Source: Alphaproteobacteria bacterium
GTDB taxonomy: Bacteria > Pseudomonadota > Alphaproteobacteria > JBKEAR01
NCBI GenBank assembly: GCA_047973205.1
Contig: JBKEBO010000073.1
Coordinates: 19,393-83,392, forward strand
Length of the DNA: 64,000 nucleotides
Direction of reading: 5' to 3'
A program made the translations under genes and the position numbers. A model generated the notes under the pieces. It was not told the origin of the DNA and did no database searches. It was given only the letters and a program-made list of their open reading frames with translations. Below are positions 60,910 to 64,000 of the stretch, piece after piece (the first letter of the stretch is position 1; each line of letters begins with the position of its first letter).

Positions 60910-62529
60910 ATGGATATCAAAGAACTCAAAAACAAAGGTCTAAATCATGAATATGAAATCACTGTTCCTGCAAAAGATGTGGATAGTCGTGTTTCTAGCC
61001 GATTAAGCCAAATAGGTAAGCAAGTAAAAATAGCAGGTTTCCGCCCTGGCAAAGTTCCTCCTAGGGTTCTTGAGCAGCGTTATGGTCAAGCAGCGATGGG
61101 TGAAGTTCTTGAGCAATTGGTAAATGAGAGCGTGGGTTCTTTATTCGAAGAGAAAAAAATCCGCCCTGCATTACAACCTCAGATTGAGGTGAAATCATAT
61201 GATCGTAAAAAAGGGTTAGAGTTCATTCTTAAGGCAGAGATTCTTCCAGAAGTTTCTCATATGGATTATGCTAAACTTTCTTTAGTGAAAAAAGTTGCAA
61301 AAATTAATGATAGCGAAATTAAAGAATCTTTAGAAAATATTGCATCATCACATTCAGCTTCTGAACCCATAAAAACAAAACGTGCTGCAAAAGAAGGCGA
61401 TATCGCTGTTATTGACTTTGTTGGCCGTGTTGATGGAACAGAATTTGCTGGCGGTAAAGGTGAGGCTTATCCTTTAGAACTTGGTAGCCATATGTTTATT
61501 CCAGGCTTTGAAGAGCAAGTTGTTGGTCATAAACCAGACGAAACATTTGATGTTAACGTAACATTCCCCAAAGAATATGGTGCTAAAGAATTAGCAGGCA
61601 AGGATGCGGTTTTTGAAGTTTCTCTTAAAGAAATCCAAAAGAAAGTTCCTGCAAAGGTTGATGATGAACTTGCTAAAAAACTTGGCCTTGAAGATGCAAA
61701 AGCTCTTAAAGTAGCCGTTAAAGAACAACATGAAAAACAATATGATGGCCTATCACGCAACCATCTTAAACGTGAACTTTTAGATGCTTTAGATGAGGAA
61801 TATCGCTTTGATATCCCTCAAGGCCTTGTTGACCAAGAGCTCAATAATATTGTGCAACAATGGCAACATCAAAAAGATAATAATCCTGAGGCTCTTGGTG
61901 ATGAAGCCAATGCAACTGAAGAAGATATTAGAAGTGAGTACCAAAAAATTGCTGAACGCCGTGTTCGTTTAGGTTTAGTTTTAACTGACCTTGGCCGTCA
62001 AGAAAATATTAAAGTAACTGATGAAGATCGCCAACAAGTTTTAATGCGTGAAGTTCAGCGTTTCCCTGGTCAAGAGCAACAAATTTTTGATTACTTCCAA
62101 AAAAATCCTCAGGCTTTAGCTGCTTTAGAAGCTCCTGTTTTAGAAGAACGTGTGATTGATCTCATCATTAGCAAAGCAAAAGTTAAAGAAGAAACTGTTA
62201 GCGTAGAAGATTTAATGAAAGAGCTTGAGGAAGATGAAGCTCCAAAGAAGAAACCTGCTGCTAAAAAGGCTCCTGCTAAAAAGGCTGAACCTAAAAAAGC
62301 TACAGAAAAGAAACCTGCTGCAAAAAAAGCTCCTGCTAAAAAGGCCGAGCATAAAAAAGCTGCAGAAAAGAAACCTGCTGCTAAAAAAGCAACTACTAAA
62401 AAAACGACAGCGAAAAGCCTGCTGCTAAAAAGTAATTTGATAATTTTTATTAATCAGTTTAATATGTTCAGCCAGACCGTTATTTTAGATGGTCTGGCTA
62501 TATTTTACAAAAGGATAAAAGCTCTATGA
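60910..62529 (+). CDS. tig: Trigger factor with Lys/Ala-rich C-terminal repeats (true stop probably 62435; apparent 1-nt frameshift)
   Basis: GFRPGKVP ribosome-binding motif, FKBP domain ([18 protein letters not shown]), RRVRLGL; upstream of clpP. Confidence 0.97.
   Translation: MDIKELKNKGLNHEYEITVPAKDVDSRVSSRLSQIGKQVKIAGFRPGKVPPRVLEQRYGQAAMGEVLEQLVNESVGSLFEEKKIRPALQPQIEVKSYDRKKGLEFILKAEILPEVSHMDYAKLSLVKKVAKINDSEIKESLENIASSHSASEPIKTKRAAKEGDIAVIDFVGRVDGTEFAGGKGEAYPLELGSHMFIPGFEEQVVGHKPDETFDVNVTFPKEYGAKELAGKDAVFEVSLKEIQKKVPAKVDDELAKKLGLEDAKALKVAVKEQHEKQYDGLSRNHLKRELLDALDEEYRFDIPQGLVDQELNNIVQQWQHQKDNNPEALGDEANATEEDIRSEYQKIAERRVRLGLVLTDLGRQENIKVTDEDRQQVLMREVQRFPGQEQQIFDYFQKNPQALAALEAPVLEERVIDLIISKAKVKEETVSVEDLMKELEEDEAPKKKPAAKKAPAKKAEPKKATEKKPAAKKAPAKKAEHKKAAEKKPAAKKATTKKTTAKSLLLKSNLIIFINQFNMFSQTVILDGLAIFYKRIKAL
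62248..62412 (+). repeat. 60-bp tandem repeat (~2.7 copies) encoding [20 protein letters not shown]
   Basis: Units start at 62248, 62308 and 62368. Confidence 0.9.
62470..62499 (+). terminator. Hairpin between tig and clpP (terminator or processing stem)
   Basis: agccagaccgt...atggtctggct stem followed by atatttt. Confidence 0.65.
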
Positions 62530-63137
62530 ACTATGCCGATAACTATGCCGCACTAATTCCCACTGTAATTGAAAGTACAGGTAGGGGAGAACGTGCTTTT
62601 GATATTTATTCACGACTCCTGCGTGAGCGTGTTGTTTTTATTACAGGGCCAATTGAAGATCATATGGCATCGCTTATTTGTGCTCAGCTTCTCTTTTTAG
62701 AGGCGGAGAATCCTAATCGTGATATTTCTATCTATATTAACTCTCCTGGCGGTGTGGTTACAGCGGGTATGTCTATTTATGATACAATGCAATATATCAA
62801 ACCTGAGATTGAAACCGTATGTCTAGGCCAAGCATGTTCTATGGGCTCACTCTTATTAGCAGCGGGGAGCGAAGGGCGGCGTATTGCTCTTCCTAATGCA
62901 AGGGTTATGGTACATCAACCTTCTGGTGGGGCTCAAGGTCAGGCCACCGATATTGAAATTCATGCAAAAGAGATTTTATCGATGCGTAAAAAGTTAAATC
63001 AAATTTACGTAAAACATACAGGGCAAAAGCTTGCAACTATCGAAAAAGCATTAGAGCGAGATAACTTTATGAGTCCAGAAGAAGCCAAAAAATTTGGTAT
63101 TATTGATAAAATTGTAGAAAAGCGTTTGAGTGCGTAA
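62526..63137 (+). CDS. clpP: ATP-dependent Clp protease proteolytic subunit
   Basis: [27 protein letters not shown] (Ser), HQP, ERDNFM. Confidence 0.98.
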   Translation: MNYADNYAALIPTVIESTGRGERAFDIYSRLLRERVVFITGPIEDHMASLICAQLLFLEAENPNRDISIYINSPGGVVTAGMSIYDTMQYIKPEIETVCLGQACSMGSLLLAAGSEGRRIALPNARVMVHQPSGGAQGQATDIEIHAKEILSMRKKLNQIYVKHTGQKLATIEKALERDNFMSPEEAKKFGIIDKIVEKRLSA

Positions 63138-63153
63138 TTTTTAGGAGTAGAAA

Positions 63154-64000
63154 ATGACAGAGCAAAACAAGACAGAATTACATTGCTCATTTTGCGAGAA
63201 AAAAGAAAAAGATGTTAAAAAGCTTATTGCAGGGCTTGATAACACATATATTTGCGATGAATGTGTTTTGCTTGGCTGGGAGGTCTTGAATGAGCATGCT
63301 CCTACTGCAGAACAAAATGCTACTCAAAAGCTCACTCAACCTGCTTTACCAAAACCAAAGGAAATCTTTGAAGCTCTTAATGAGTTTGTTATTGGTCAGG
63401 AAGATGCAAAAAAGGTTCTTTCTGTTGCGGTATATAATCATTATAAACGCCTTGATCAGGAAGATAATCATGATGATGTTCGGATATCAAAATCCAATAT
63501 TTTGATGGTAGGACCTACAGGGAGTGGTAAAACATTTTTGGCTCAAACTTTAGCTAATATCTTAAATGTTCCTTTTACAATTGCCGATGCAACAACATTA
63601 ACCGAGGCAGGTTATGTGGGGGAAGATGTGGAAAATATTATCTTAAAACTTCTCCAAGCAGCTGATTATAATGTGGAACAAGCAGAACGTGGTATTATCT
63701 ATATTGATGAGATTGATAAAATTACCCGTAAGTCCGAAAATCCTTCTATCACCCGAGATGTTTCAGGTGAGGGGGTACAACAAGCCTTACTCAAAATCAT
63801 TGAAGGCACGGTGGCAAGTGTTCCTCCACAAGGAGGACGCAAACATCCGCAACAAGAATATATTCAGATAGATACATCTAATATTCTCTTTATTTGTGGT
63901 GGTGCTTTTTCGAGACTTGATCGTGTTATTAAAGACCGTACAAGTAAATCAGGCGTAGGTTTTGGTGCAATTGTTGCTGCTCCTGATGAGCGAAGTGATG
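63154..64000 (+). CDS. clpX: Clp protease ATP-binding subunit ClpX, 3'-truncated by window edge (absent from ORF track)
   Basis: Hand translation from ATG 63154 (SD aggag): [14 protein letters not shown]...ICDEC zinc finger, [46 protein letters not shown] loop. Confidence 0.97.
   Translation, partial: MTEQNKTELHCSFCEKKEKDVKKLIAGLDNTYICDECVLLGWEVLNEHAPTAEQNATQKLTQPALPKPKEIFEALNEFVIGQEDAKKVLSVAVYNHYKRLDQEDNHDDVRISKSNILMVGPTGSGKTFLAQTLANILNVPFTIADATTLTEAGYVGEDVENIILKLLQAADYNVEQAERGIIYIDEIDKITRKSENPSITRDVSGEGVQQALLKIIEGTVASVPPQGGRKHPQQEYIQIDTSNILFICGGAFSRLDRVIKDRTSKSGVGFGAIVAAPDERSD

Noticed and set aside
60759-60910. Genomic island integrated at tRNA-Leu
   Set aside because: No integrase, no duplicated tRNA 3' end noticed, and tig follows directly.
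60765-60950. 61-aa ORF MAELVDALDLGSS
   Set aside because: Spurious translation of tRNA-Leu.
63290-63871. Short ORFs 63290-63505 and 63671-63871
   Set aside because: Out-of-frame within clpX, which runs off the window end.

Overview
AT-rich chromosomal segment of an alphaproteobacterium (inferred from gene content and order), almost entirely housekeeping. It contains cpoB-tilS-ftsH-folP-glmM, class II ribonucleotide reductase nrdJ, amino-acid biosynthesis genes (metZ, metC, ilvD, hisN, hisI, pheA, hom, aroQ), lipid A/Kdo genes (kdsB, waaA, lpxK), tldD/pmbA, accBC, recJ, hemN, znuCB, tRNA-Leu(TAG) and tig-clpP-clpX, plus several transporters. I saw no transposase, integrase, prophage gene, CRISPR array or defence system. 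The most unusual elements are: (1) a ~200-bp non-coding element between convergent hemN and a Sel1 gene, made of two inverted arrays of 10-bp-periodic repeats; (2) an intact gene encoding only a degenerate DEAD-box helicase RecA2 domain plus a charged disordered tail; (3) a tandem pair of membrane-anchored retropepsin-like proteases; (4) an NhaC transporter plus PLP-lyase module; (5) a DMP19/DUF4375-like acidic protein; (6) a Lys/Ala repeat tail on trigger factor with an apparent 1-nt frameshift. All family assignments come from motif recognition by eye; no database search was run.
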